A DNA stretch of 64,000 nucleotides, taken from NCBI RefSeq assembly GCF_004010195.1, contig NC_057720.1, forward strand, positions 27,465,899-27,529,898, in the 5' to 3' direction. Position 1 is the first letter of the stretch, and the number at the start of each line of letters is the position of its first letter. The notes beneath the pieces are model-generated. The model searched no databases, had not been told where the DNA came from, and was given only the letters and a program-made list of their open reading frames with translations. Origin of the DNA: Chiloscyllium plagiosum. Its lineage: Eukaryota. Made by a program: the position numbers and the translations under genes. Shown in pieces: positions 1 through 14,389 of the stretch.

Positions 1-1450
1 CCTTCCCAACTCCAGTGATACCTAAAAGATACTACTGAAGCCTCCACTTTCTTCATCTATCTCCTTCAGAATTCTAGATTGTTGGTGATTTATCCATTTT
101 CAGATATTACAGATTTTCTAGCACCTTCTCCTTGGTGATGGCCACTGTACTTATCTCTGCCCTCTGAATCTCTTGAATTTTTGGAATGTTGCTCATATGT
201 TCCACTGTGAAGACTGACGCAAAGTGCTTATTCAGTTCCGGAGCAATTTCTTTGTTCCCCATTACTACTTCTTCAGCATTATTTTCCCACAGCCCAATGT
301 CTACTTTTGCCTTTCTTTTGCCCTTTATATATCTAAAGAAACTTTTGCAATCTTTCCTAATATTACTGGCTAGCTTACCCTCATATTTAATCTTCTCCTT
401 CCTTATTTCTTTCTTCGTTGTCCTCTGTTGCTCTTTGTAGGCTTCCCACTTCCCTTTGCCACATTATATGCTTTCTCTTTTGCTTTTATGCTGTCTCTGA
501 CTTCCCTGGTCAGCCGTGGTTGCCTCATTCTCCCTTTAGTTTGTTTCTTCTTCCTTGGCATGAATTTTTGCTGTTCCACTGTCTTTCCTACTAGGCTCCT
601 CTCCCAGTCATTTCTACCCAGCTCCTCTCTCATGTCTCTGTAGTTGCCTTTATTCAACTGAAATATCATTACATCTGATTCCATCTTCTCCCTTTCAAAT
701 TGCAGAGTAAATTCTGTTACATTATGGTCACTGCCTCCAAAGGGTTCTTTCACACTAAGCTCCCTTATCAAGTCTGCCTCTGTGCACAACACTAAATCCA
801 GAATTGACTGTTCCCTACTGGGCTCCACCTCAAGCTGCTCCAAAAAGCCATCTTGTAGATATTCCACAAATTCCTTTTCTTGGGATCCTCTACCAAATTG
901 CTTTTCCCAGTCCACCTGCATATTGAAATCCCCCACGATCACTGTAACCTTGCTCTTAGTGTATCTTATGCCCATATCCTGACAACACGTTGGAGGCCTG
1001 CAGATAACTCCCATTATGGTTTTCATACTTTTGCAGTTCCTCAACTCTACCCACACAAATTCTACATCATTTGACCCTACGTTGTTTATTGCTATTGATT
1101 TAATTTCATTTTTTTACTGACAAGGCAACTGCACCCTCTCTGTCCACCTGCCTGTCTTTTCAATAGGATATATATCCTTGGATATTTAGCTCTCAGTCCT
1201 GATGCCCTTGCAGCACATCTCCGTGATGTCCACCATATCATTCCTGCCAATCTTGATCTGTGCCACAATCTCATTTACCTTATTTTGTATATTGTGTGCA
1301 TTCAGATACAATACCATCAGTCCTGTGTTGATCATCCCTCTTCTCGTTGTTATTCATTTGTCCAGTGTGTTTGAGGTTTGATTCCCAACCCTTTCCAAAC
1401 ACTCTGTCCTATTTTGTGTGCTGGAGACTTTAATAACCCCTCCTTTTCAT
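1..1450 (-). mobile_element. Degenerate CR1-clade LINE ORF2 fragment (APE endonuclease region)
   Basis: ORF 403-1056 has WVELRN, GDFN, LDLVL and SDHN endonuclease motifs; frameshifts and deletions are present. Confidence 0.88.
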
Positions 1451-4400
1451 TTTTAAAATAGTTTTCAATGCAATTGAATCCACCCCCACAGATGTTAACC
1501 TGCAGCTTTGCTTCTAATTGGTCATTGTACTTCCCTTCCTCCCCACTTCTGAGTTTATTGCTTCCTTCCTTGCACTCCTGCATACTTGATATTAATGGAA
1601 GCTTATAGTTGAACTGTGATTGAATGATGGAGTTAGCAAATATTTTTTGTTCACGTGGTGACATTTCCCCACCACTAGTAATTTTTTAAAACTTTTTTTT
1701 AATCACCCTGTTCAGAGTTGTTATTAACACCTGTCTGGAGCAAATGGGATTGAACCTGGACTTTCTGGTCAGAGGTAGGGATACTACCACTGCACTATAA
1801 GAAAATTCCTCCACCACTTTAATAGATAGGTCCCAATTATTTGCAGCTGATGGGACTCTACCATGATGCAGTTTTTCTCTCTTGCCACTCACCCTCTCCC
1901 TTAAAGATTTCACCTTCATATTTCATATAGGAATCCTAACTTCAAAGAAATTGACTTCCATGAAGAAAAGTATCAAAATTCAGCAATGGCATAAAAGGTG
2001 GCATAAACAGATGTAGTTTAGACATTTATTTGTTTAATTTTATGCCCTCTGAATACAGTGGCTGGCTGCTGTCAGTTGGTGCAGCCATTTGGTTTTGAAA
2101 CACAAATTAAAAGGTTGCAAACAGGATAGAACATTTGAATTTTAAAGCATAATTGCTGAATCTGCACAGTCTGTTTTTATCAGAACAAACATAGGCATTA
2201 GTAATGAGATACTGAGATGCAATATCTTAAACTTTTGAAAAACATTGGCTTTTTGTGAGAATAATTGAGTTGTCTTTTGGACCTGATATAGTTGCTATTA
2301 CTCTATGCCAGAGATGACAGCTATCTAAAATGCCTGGAATTACCTGATAAGCATGCAAACATTAAATAATTTTAATATTTTTTGTTCGTCTAATAATTAA
2401 CATTAAGTTACTTATAATTATGCAGATTTCCTACCAACATTGCAATATTTAAGAATACAAGGTTTGTGACCAAGATGTGGATGAATATACTGCATAGTTT
2501 TGCTATTTCTAGTATTGTGATCAACCTAACCTTTTTAAATCTTGCTCATGATAACCTTCTGTCTCAAACATCCATACGCACACTTTTCAACACTGGGAAA
2601 TGTATGAACTGGGATGAGGACATTTAGCCTTTTGTGAAATTTTGACTTCTGAATCATGGAATTCCATCTTTTTATATTATTGTTCCCAATCTTCGCTTGG
2701 TCCGGGGCACTATCACTTAACTACTCTCTCTTTAATCCGTTTCCATTTCTCACCTGCCTTTGACTAACTTTGTGATTCAGATGCAATGCTCTGCACCCAG
2801 TAGTTATTGCTTCCATGTGCTGCCTGTAGTGCTCCTTCATTCTTGGTTGCCCCCGCCCAACCCCTATTGTTGATGCTGGTGCAAGATGGGTGGATCTTCT
2901 TGTCAAATCTGATCAATGCAATGACTTAGCCCCAGTCAAATCTAACTCGGCTCCAGGCTCTGTCTGTGTTCTCAGGAGGGAAGTGTCCAACTGGTTGTGA
3001 TCTCAACCACATTCCACCCTCCGCATCTATTGTCACTTTGTGGCATCCCTGACTTGGCTTGTTCAGGATTTCACAATTCCCTGACTGTCTAGTGATAGAA
3101 GAGGTGGCACTTCCACAGCCCACTGTGGGGTCTGAACCCTGCAGGTAACTGAGCTTCTATTCACCAAGGAGGCATATTATCCTTCCCTGGCGTTGCATAT
3201 GCACTGCTGCAGGCACCCACTGACAGCAGGGGCAGCAACAAACATGAGGAATCAAGTTTGGAGAAGGATGAGAAGTCCAGGTCATGAAGAGGACACAAAA
3301 CAAAGAGGGGATGAGTGTGTGATCATAACTGGGGAGGGGGGGAAAGGTTGTGTAATGGGTGGTGGAAGACCATGAATGGGGATTTGAGTTGGAAAGGAGA
3401 ATATGTGAGTGACTGAATGGGGTGGGATGCAATGAGTGTACACATGAAGGAGGAGGGAATGAATGAGTGAAACTGTGTTGGGTAAGAGGAGCTGCTGAGG
3501 GACTATAGGTGAGGTGGGTTCAAAAGAGAGGTGTATATGTAATTGTATAAGGTTGAAGATTAGAGGGGCTTCCATAAGATTATGTCACAATGTACTGCAA
3601 AAGGATGGTTAATGCCTGCCTAAGTATATGCAATTATAAATTATTTTATAGACTACTTTAAAACACAAATGTTCATATTTATATGATGTATTACTGAATG
3701 TTGATCTATATTGTGAAAACGTAATAATAATATACTGTATGCTGTGTTGTTCTATTGTTGTTTTCATTTTCCGGATGTCTGGGAGTATGTTCATTTTCAA
3801 TATTTTTTAAAACATTTGTTAATGGGGGGTGTGGGCATGGGTCACATGGCCAGTCCTTGTTCTGATCCCTTCTTACCCTTGAGAAAGTGGTGGTGGGTTA
3901 AGATGCAGTCGTTTTGGAAAATAATTTGAGAAGCACTATTACTGTATCTTGTTTTGCATCAGGTGTAATTCAGTAAGGATGTTGTTAGTGTGAAGTTCTT
4001 CCTATATTACCTACATTAATTATGTTGTCTGCTGAAATGCTGAGGTCACTTGGTGATTTAATACAAATGCATTGGTCATAGAAGGTAATAGAAGGTAAAC
4101 TAAAGGAAAGATAACGTTTCTATACACTTGAACTCTAATAATTCTACCCACTTGAAGAGGCCTTCAAGCATTTGTTTTTCACTCGTGTTATAATTACATG
4201 AATTCTTATTTAAAAATTCATGCCTTTTTGTCTGCAGCTACTAATCTTTAAACCTTTTATTGTTTTCAGCCACTTTTAACCATGTATACAAATAACAATA
4301 TTTGTATTAGTCCATATTTGTGATTCACCTAAAAACCACTTTATTATATCATTGTAATATCTTATGAACTCAATTAAAATGTTTCCTTTCAAACCTAGCA

Positions 4401-6949
4401 AAGTCACCAAGGTCATTAAGAACAAATAGTACAGCTCCTGCAGCTGGTTGAAGCACATACATTTTTTCGTATATTTATGGTTCAATAGAATATGGCAGTA
4501 GAATGAGAAAGGAATGGAGGCATAATAACTGAAAAAGTAAACAAACAAAAATAAAAGGAGAGAAGCTGAACAAAGAAAGGTGGATATAAGAGAGCAAGAC
4601 ACAAAGTCAGATTGGGACACATATAAATTTGATTTTTGATGTTTTCTTTCCCTTTCCTTCCAAGATGTTGATTGGAAGTTTTTCAGTTCTATATTTTTAT
4701 TTCACTGGCTGTCCTTGTGAACAGAAAAGGGGCAAGGCTGACAATAACAATACCAACTGATGTAGAGGTGGACTTGCAAATTGCTACCTAGCAATACTTG
4801 AATAGCTGACAAATATTGTGAGAGCTCACATTGAAGTGTGAGAGACTGTATTTGTCAGCTGTTTTGTGCGTGAGAACTCACAGCTATACCTGATCCTGAT
4901 TTTATATGGGCTGAATTCAGCAGGGTTCATTGGAGGATATGTACAAATTTGACTTTTAAATGAGCTGTCCAAAACTGAGCAAACCGTAAACCAAGAACCC
5001 AAATCCTCTTAATATTGATAATCTTTATCAGTAGCTATTAATATGATCAACAGCAGGAAAATAAACATGAAAATTCGTTATGATCGCAGTTCTCTCACTA
5101 AAAAGAGAACTATGACTTAACTTCTCTGTTTTCTAACTCAGAGATGCTAAACCCAGTTTTAGCACTTGAAATGAAACCTCAGGTGAGTGCAAGTAAAACA
5201 ATATGGACTGGGATTGGAACCTGGCATCACTTTGAATTTCTTTGTGGCTTTGTGACATACCATGCCATGCAATTATCCATTCAACTATTGGGTAAATTTC
5301 AATAAATTATAAAACCAAAACAGCATAACAGGGACTGAAATAAATATACAAGCATCTAAAATATAATAGATGGTTTAAAATATGATTTTTGCCTTTATCA
5401 AGGGTTGGTTTTGATTATTGTAGCTCGGTCTGGTTAAAAGAAAAACAAAGGCTTGACTCAGATGAAATGCTATTTCTCAAGTTGGTGGATGTACCCATTA
5501 TTGGATCTTCAAATAAATCCATTCACTGGGTGCTGCATTATTGTTGATGATCTGTGTAATTTTAGAATATACTTTATGTTAAATTCTGATAGCATGGGCT
5601 TTTCTTAAGTATTCTATTAATTGGCCATTCTTCATGTGGGAATCTAGACAGTGAATATTGGTAAGTTGTTAACTATGGTAACATTGCTTGTCTCCAACCA
5701 ATTCTTAATTTATTCTGTGTCTACATTGTGTAGCAGTGGAAATCTGCCTAATTTCCCCCTTTCTCCTGATTGTTGCTTCAGACAGAGAAGGGAATGAATA
5801 TAATGGGACATTGTATTCTCTTAAAAGAAGTTACCAGTATAGGGCATAGAAAGTTCTGAGTTTTTAAAATAATGCTTAATCTGTCCAATGATAGAATGAT
5901 CTTCAAAACGAGACAATGGATTTTCTTTTACAGAGAGTCATTCTATGTGCAGATGATGATGTATTTTAAAACATTTTGCAAATTAGGGGAGGGTAAGTTA
6001 GCGATTGATGAATCGTGATCTGAATTTTAATTACTACAAGTAAGATGTTGATCTGTTTACTTCACTTAATTCTATTAAAATCTCTTTTCAGCTAATTGGC
6101 CTGCAGAAATTTGGCCCATTTCATTATTCCTTGGCACAAGCTTTTATGATATTTTGTTAATTCATATACCACATGTTTTAACAAAAGAGTTTCTCGGTTA
6201 TTCTGTGTGCCAACTTGATTCTCACAGGTGTATCCTGAGTCACATTTTTTTTTCAAGCAGTAGATAAACATTCACCAACCTTTGCTTGGTAGTACAGAAT
6301 TTTGTTATGACTGAAAAGAAAGATGTTGCCACAACTTTTCATCGTGCACTCATCAGGACAAATGTAAGAACGACATATTTCAAACGGTCACAATAATGTT
6401 TACTACTGGAGAAAAGATTGTTTTCTCCCTGGCAATACCTCCACCATTCACAGTCAACTTGCCTACCAGGCAGTACCTTTTGTCCCTGTAGTAGAACTTG
6501 TTGTGATTGTTTGAACTTCGGCATTAAGAGCATTAAGAGTACAAGTAGGCAATTCAGCCTCATGAGGTTGCTCTTCACTCCAATATGATCATGGCTGACC
6601 CATTGTGGCCATGGGTCGAATTTACTGGGCCTGCCCAGAGCTAACTGAATAGTGGAGAAGGGATATTAATTGGGCAGGAGGCAAAAATTCAGTTTTGTGA
6701 CACAATTAAAATTTTGCTGTTAAGTTCTCAGTACCTTTAAGGTAGGTCATCTTAGGGAACCCATTTTGCATTCATAATGGTAAAAGGTAAAGTCACCATA
6801 GTCCTACTTTCTCTTTAGAAAGAAATGTTTGGTGGTGGTTTAACCTGAGAGTCTCCATGTTTGTTCACAAATGTATATATCATGTACTTGGTGAGGTAAA
6901 CTTTCTGAAAGCTTCAGTAAGCACAAGCTTCATTTACTTTGCTCCTTCA

Positions 6950-7038
6950 TAAACAAGGTAGAAAAGCAGGAGGCTGAAAGAACACAGAAAACCAGGCTGC
7001 ATCAGGAGGTGGAGAAGTCAACGTTTCAGGTATAACCC
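6950..7038 (-). mobile_element. Truncated Penelope-like terminus (same family as 50328 element)
   Basis: gcaggaggctgaaagaacacag...gagaagtcaacgtttcaggtataaccc matches the left arm of the 50328 element. Confidence 0.65.
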
Positions 7039-8760
7039 ATGGCAATTCTTTTAGCAAACGCTTACAGTACAAGGGATGAACCTCTCCATGCTGATCAGCT
7101 TATGAGAGAAGTCTTAGTCATATGCCATTTGGATTGTTGTTATTGTTGTTAAATGCTTACAGCGTTAGGGGTGAAGTCTGACTGAACCAACAAATCTGAC
7201 CAAGTGAGGCAGCCACACTGGCTGATGCTGGCATCTTTGGACCACGGAGGCAAGCAAGTATAAAGTCAAAAAAAGGGTGGAATTAAAGGCAACTTTTTGA
7301 AGTTGCTGTTGTCCCATGCAATCCTTTGATGAAAAGCGATTAAATGTGAACCTTCTCCTACATGTGAGGTTAGTGATCTGATAGTGTGTGAGTTGCTGAG
7401 TTCCTTTTGCATTTTAAGTGTAAACCTTGGCGGATGAATGAGAGGCAATAATACTGTGATGCCAATACTGGCAGCACTGGTAGCTGTAATGAAGTAACAG
7501 GCATTAATTGCACATGAAGCATCTGATGAAGATGCTTGGCACCCAATCTCCTGTGTGGCAGTACTCTGCAGTGGCAACTTTATAATGCTAACTCATACTC
7601 ATAGGAAAATGAAGCATTCAATAGACAGTGGTATACACACACAGTGCAATAGGTCATTCGTTCCCATGTATCATTGGAGCCAGGTTCTCTTGGCCCATCC
7701 ATGCGTGCTGACCTCATCAATCACACACTTCCAGGCTACTTTTGTTATTCTGGATGGTCTGTAGTTGCTACTCATAGGGAAAAAAGTACTCTTCTTTTCT
7801 GAACAGCTTTAGGAGAATCTCTAGGGAGGCATCACTAAACTGTGTTGCTGCCTTGTTATTGAGATCTGCAGGGGTAGGTGAGGTGAATGAACGGAGTTTA
7901 AATAATGTTCCTAGATTGTGAAATGCTGTCAGATTATTTTTGAAAAATGGCTCTTGAATGTTGAAATCTAAAATACCCTATAAAATTTAGTGTTTTACCC
8001 ATTAATGAATATATAATGACCCGAGAAGAATGCACTCACACTAGAAAACTGACTTTCTTCAGAAAAGGAAAATTCTGTCCCTGAATTCCATTTTCCTGCC
8101 TGTCTCCCAAAACCCTTGGGTCTGTTGATCATCAAAAAATCTAACTCAGCCTTGAGTAGATCAACCAGCCTCTACTATTTTCCTTGAAAGAGAACTCCAA
8201 TCATTAATGACCTTCTGAGAAGAAATGTCTCCTCATCAGTAGGAATTGCTGTAAGCTGTGAATTCTTTATTGTGTGGTTTGATGTGTATTTTAATCTCTT
8301 ATTTATTGCTGTGGCACCGAATTCATCTTTTTCACAATTTTTAGAAATTTTAACATTTTGTCAGGCTCTACAAATATTTTCTAATTTACAACTCGTAACA
8401 ACCTATCCTCATGGATCTTTATAGATTGAATGAATGTGGGGTATTATGACTATATTATCAAAACCATCAGACTTTATTAGACTTCAGCTTAATATAACAA
8501 ATGCCAAGAAGGGTAAAGAACATACAGTACAAATATTGACTAGACCTATATGCACCACATGGGGAAGTTGTGTTTGTTTGTGTCTTCGTGTTTGTCCTGG
8601 TACGTGCAAGATGAAAAGCTTTGGCAACATAGCTCCCTTTGCAACAATATTTGCCAAGCTCTTATGTTAATTCCTTACCTGTCAATAGTTTTAAGAAGTC
8701 TGACATGGCATGGTGTGTCGTATTTAATTCTGTTTTCTGTCTCTCAGTTGAATTTCTCAG

Positions 8761-8769
8761 AATCCTTTG
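8761..8769 (+). CDS. PTPRF: PTPRF 9-nt microexon (meA3-like), encodes (E)SF
   Basis: aatttctcag|AATCCTTTG|gtaagtg: canonical AG/GT with a consensus donor, phase 1-1. (G)AA TCC TTT G = E S F, equivalent to PTPRD meA3 ESI. Lies ~540 nt upstream of meA6. Confidence 0.8.
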
Positions 8770-8813
8770 GTAAGTGCTTGGTGTTCAGACTGCAATATGC
8801 GTAAAAGCAGTGG

Positions 8814-8835
8814 TGCATGCCATTCTTCTACTAAC
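8814..8835 (+). promoter_or_regulatory. Putative intronic splicing elements: Rbfox TGCATG and QKI/branch-point-like TACTAAC
   Basis: TGCATG at 8814-8819 and TACTAAC at 8829-8835, 45-66 nt downstream of the 9-nt microexon. Confidence 0.5.
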
Positions 8836-9311
8836 AGCCATACCCTTGCCGTGCCTAATATGTAGCTGTGTGTCACAGCACAACAAAACTCACATAATAA
8901 ATCATGAGCAAATAACACACCCTACTTGCTGTCCAGGAAAGAAATTTAAAATTTGATGCAATGTTGTTGTTTAAATAAAAAGGATGAAATGACCTTTACC
9001 CTAATATCACATTGGCAACACTGTGCTGTCTGTGTGATTTACTCGCTGAAGACTGATTGTTAACCCAGAACTTGGACAAGCCCAGGCACTTACATGGATG
9101 CTGCACTGCTGAAGACAGCTTTACTAACCTTCCTAAGAAATTGCTCTGATTTGTTACTTTGCATCAGCCTTTTCTATCGCTTAAAAAGAAATATATATTA
9201 TATATAATAATCTAATTCTTTCCTGTTTCTTTTGGTTTTCTATTTTTGTTTCTTTCTCTCCTGTACTAATGCTTCTCTTTAATCTTATTTGCATTCAAAT
9301 TACCTCACCAG

Positions 9312-9329
9312 GTGGTACACCAATCAGAG
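9312..9329 (+). CDS. PTPRF: PTPRF 18-nt microexon meA6, encodes (G)GTPIR
   Basis: cctcaccag|GTGGTACACCAATCAGAG|gtaaga: phase 1-1. The peptide GGTPIR is the known LAR-RPTP mini-exon A6. Branch-point-like TACTAAT at 9264-9270 and a pyrimidine tract upstream. Confidence 0.93.
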
Positions 9330-11289
9330 GTAAGAATGCTGAACGTGCTCAGAATCATCGTCCTCGCTCCATTTCTCCCTTCCTCCAACGTTCTCATTTC
9401 CTAGCATTCTCTTGGCCTCAACACTTTGCTTTTTGCCCATGTTTCCCTTTCTCTCATACTCAAACCAATGGTTCATCTGTTTAAACTTCTCAGTGTATCG
9501 AGTGTCTATATCTACTTTTTTTAAACACAAAATAACCACACATGGTCATTTGTCAGAACCACTTGATCACCTGGATCAAATCTAATGAACTCATGTTTCT
9601 ATTTTCGAACTGTGCTTGAATCTGGTTCTAATGTGTAGGAATTGAATGTCTCCAGGAGTACTGACCCTTAAGGTTCTGAAAGTTAGTATTTATCAGAACT
9701 GCTGCAAAATCTATGTTCTTGAATCACAGCGTCATAAAAAAATCAGTACTCTAATTGGCTAATATAATTATATTACACTCTGGTTTGCAAGCTATACTCA
9801 TTTGATTGACTTATATATCACAGTTTATGTTCATTTTAATTGCAAAGAAAAGTTTGAAAATTGGTAAGGTGACTTTACACACCAGTTTGAAATTAAAATA
9901 ACTTAATTTCCCACATCATTTGTGACACCTCAAAATAAATCTGTAATTTGTATCAACGTATAATTACAAATCAAATTTGTAGTCTAAGTAAAAGATGTTC
10001 TTACACTTACTTGGCCTCTTTCAATAATGGTGAATGACAGTTTTCAAAGAGAGTCAACACTAATAATCTGCCATTTGCATCACTAAGTAGGTAAAATCAC
10101 TTGAAATGTTTTCAGATTCTGAATTTGTTTGTCTAGAATATTCTGCAATCAATTTGAAATAGGCACAAGTCAGCAGTTTAAAAAATATAATGATAATAAT
10201 GCATTTCCTGATTTATGGCTTTACATCTTCATGGTTCAACAATCAACCAATTTAGCTGTTCCAAACATTCAAAATGTGATAAAACTGATGGCAATCACCT
10301 GATCAAAATGCAGATTCTCTAAATGAGAAGCTGATAGGCTTATTTTAGTTTCTTGAATTTGAAATGTGTGGGCCTGATTTAACAGTGTATGTGAATAGTT
10401 TTTGAATGACTTAACATCATGCCCTATGGATAGTATTATTTTAAATTTGACACTTCCATTTTTTTTGCACACTTTAATTCCCCCACCCTGTCCAGCAATT
10501 CTCATAGCCCCTTGAAGATCTAATTTTATCTACTAGGGTTGTGAAAACTTTTAAGTGGCTATGTGAATTGTAAGATTGTAAATTTCGTGATGATTCTTTC
10601 TAGTTAAGATCTTTCAATCCTATTCACAGAATTATCCAGCAGTTTCACATGACTTTGCTGATCAGTTTCTGTATTTACTTTTTAATGGCTGTGGTTTCAA
10701 TATTGCTGTTATTGCCTATTTCATGCATTTAAATTTCCCCCTTTTTCTCTTATACTTTCTTCTGAGAAGCAATAAATATATTTTTCTCTTCCCAATTCAT
10801 ACAACTTTTAACTCTTAAAGTGAACCCACTCATGTCAGTTCAAACTATCCCAACTTGAACTTCCAATCAGGTTAGCCCTAAACCCTTCACATTGTTACAC
10901 CTGTAAACCTGAGTTAGATATTTCTCTTCCCTTGAGCCCCAAATTCATGTCTCAATTCCAAAGTTTCTGTTGACAAATTCCCTCTTCGTGTCCATTTTTT
11001 CTCCCTGTTATTTCAGGTTCTTTACAAAGTTCAGATGTAGTAGGAAAGGAAGTGTAATATTCTTGATAATAAATTGAATAAAAGGTGGGAGGTCGATAAA
11101 TTTTTTTTCCAAACCACAAGGATGTAAACAGTGGTGTGCTCTGTAGTATCAGTGTTTGAACCATTGCTTTAATAAACATGTAACTGATCCATTAGTATTC
11201 TTCAGTAATTTGATCTGTTGAAATATAAAATTTATGACATAAATAAGTTTGATTAACTGTGAGGAACACTGCAGAATCAGGAGATTTGA

Positions 11290-12030
11290 ATAATACACTG
11301 AAAAGTCAGAAGACAGTAAAATCTAATGTACAGAAATGTGAAGTGAATCATTTTGGAGGGAAAGTAAAAAGCAAGTTTACACTATCCAGTACATGTTTTG
11401 ACTGGAGTAAAGAAGAGATCGAGATTTGGATTTGGAAGTCTTTAGAAGTTAGAGGAAAGGTTCATGTACATGTCAGAAGAAGAATATTGAATCCCATGTT
11501 TTACAACTAAGCTGCATAAAGCAAAAAGCAAATGGACTATGCAAAACCTCTGTAAATTAATGATTAGGCCTCAGTTAGGATATTGTGACTAGGAATGCCA
11601 AGGCTATGGAGGGGACACAAAAGAAAATTGCTAAATTGGTGATGAGAGTTTTAACTTAAGCAAAGAGACTTCTCAGAATTCAGGGTTATCTTCATAAAAA
11701 GAGGCAGGGGTGCTAAGAGAAGGGTTGATCAAGGTTTTCAGAGTAATTACAGATTTCTAAAATTGTAAATATGGCAAAACTGTCTTCACTGCCAACTAGC
11801 AGATACAAATGAGTAATGATCAAACAAACAATAGGAGATCTTTTTGCAGCAGGTCATTAGAACATTGGACATACTTCTACCAACAGTGGTAAAGTACAAT
11901 CTGTTTCAATAGTTTTAACTTTAGAAGCAGATTAATCTTTGAAAAAATAGAATTTTGAAAGAATAAAGGATAGTAGATAACTTTCAGAGTGCAGTGAGAC
12001 AGAGGGCCGAGGTTTGTAATGTCATGTTGT
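11290..12030 (+). mobile_element. Old CR1 LINE 3' fragment
   Basis: KCEVNHFG motif and degenerate 3' ORF2 sequence similar to the other CR1 copies in the window. Confidence 0.6.
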
Positions 12031-14389
12031 AATATTTACTTCTTCTACCCCACCACCCAACTTCTTAACCCCCTCAACTCAGCTAGTCGGGTCATACTGA
12101 GGCTTCTGCTATATTTTTAACCTGCATTAGACATTTGCTTCTCCATTGTTACTTGGACTTTGTTGATTTTCTTTTAAGGATGTGTTAATTCTAATACACT
12201 ATTTAATTAGATATTTGAACTGTATCAAATCTCACCTTTCTCCAATTTTCAAAGCTTATAGATCATTATTTTTGACTGTCATTGTTTACTTGCTGCTCAA
12301 AGTGATTTAGTTTTTCTAGTGTTCACATGCCTTTAGACAAGCTACTGGCTCGGTTTGTTCACACATTTGAAATGCATACAACATTGTATCTGATGCCATG
12401 GAATCAATTACACTTTAGCTCAGGTTTTATTAAATTATAGGGTGACCCTCACTTTGCCAACAGCCACAAGGGCTACTGGTTAAACTGAATATGCAATCTA
12501 TGAGGATGTTGTAATACATTGTTTTATTTCTGTATTGGGGTCAAGCACTACTGCTCTGTCTCCTGGCGACATTAAACAGTCTAGGCACTGGAACCATTCA
12601 ATCCATTGACTGCACTTTCTTAATAAAATCAAATGTTATTTCAATTAAATCATCCATTTCATTAAATCATACTAAAATATTTCTCATTTGAATTTTAATG
12701 AAGGAATTAATGTGCTTTACATGTTATCATGTTTAAATTAAGTATAGCGAAATTATTTTTAAAAGACAGTTGTAGTGATGGAACTGTCATATAATGACCC
12801 AAGCCTTTTTCTGTATTGTTAAGTTATTTTCAGTCTAAATAGAACTATAAAACCCTTGACTATAAAAGGTAAATTAAGTTTAACAGAATTCAAAGAGCAG
12901 GTTGTTGATTTAAGTTTGTGACATGGCTAGAGATTACTAATGTGTTTAGAAATTGCAGTATCTTCACATCGTAACCCTTATCAAGCTGTGTTTGTAAATG
13001 AACAAAAAAGGATCAAATTATATTCTTTGGTTAAAGAAGTATATTCTTTAGAAATTTGGTTGTGAAAATATTTCTTTTATGTGGGATATTGCACACCTAA
13101 TGTAACATGGTAGTGTGAGCTGACCATAAAAGTATTGAACTTCTTATTTTGTGTTAAACAGGGATGTGAAAAGAAATGAGCTGTTAATGTTAGTCTAGTA
13201 CATTGATATTAGGGATTTTTACTGCATAGTGAAACAGTGAACCTTTTTTCATTTATGTGGGCAAGTTTCTGCTCCCAGTGTTTCCTGGTAGTGAGGCCTG
13301 GACACATCCACTTGTGTGTTGTTATTACCTGCATATGCACCCAGATTTCAAAAATACCGAATGGTACTTCAGTGATATCAAATTAATTAATTATGGGATA
13401 CAATACTGAACATTTCAGTGTTATTTATTTTTCTGTTCATGCTGAACAAGGCATTAAAAAAGGATTTTGGATGAATGTTATTGTTAATTACGTCCAATTG
13501 CTTCACTTTTACAATGTTATTTTTAGTCCAGTCAGAGTTAAAGGAAGAAAGTCGCCTTTCTCTGCTGCCTGAGAAAGATCCTAAATGAAATAAGTTGAAC
13601 ATTGTTTGCCAAATTCAAGTTTGCTGTATTCACAGCTCAAACGTTGTATTCATTGGCACAAATCTGGCAGACTTTGGATGCAATTGGATAATTTGAAAAA
13701 CATGATGAGGAGGTGCTGGTCTTGGACTGGGGTGGACAAATCACTCAACCCCAGGTTAACATAATTATGTCCCAGATTTAACATAACATAAAACTGTTTG
13801 ACTATAACCTGATGTTGTGTGATTTTAAATTGAAAAAGGCAGACTTGTCATTGGAGCAGTTTGGTGATGCATTAAACTGCCTCCAGATTTTAATGTGAGA
13901 ATGCTTGATTCTGTTGACAGGTATTGATGGTGGAAAACACTGTCATACCTGGCACTTAGTATCCCTTGACGAGCAAAGAATGATTGCTTAAGTGGGACTA
14001 CTCATTTTGATCTTTTCAGCATTACCTATGCCTATAAATGATGTTTTATATATGTCCAAGGATGTAATGCATGTTTCATTTTAACGATAAATGCATCGTT
14101 GAAGGTGTTCAGCAATGATTTAAACTTTTCCAAGTATGTCTAAAATTCCAAAAGAAGTCTACATTAATGTAGTGTTACACTGACTGGATCATCAACAAAT
14201 ACATTATCTATTTGTTAAAGAGTCAAAATTGATCCCAAATTTGATCTGAAGTGCCGTTCATATAGTATACTACCTTCAGGATACTGTAGCTTCCTTCAAA
14301 ATCTTTCAGTTATTCCAGCAGTTAATACACATTTTTGTAAGAGTTTAGGCTTAGAAATGCAATTAACACTGAATATATTGAAATTTAAT

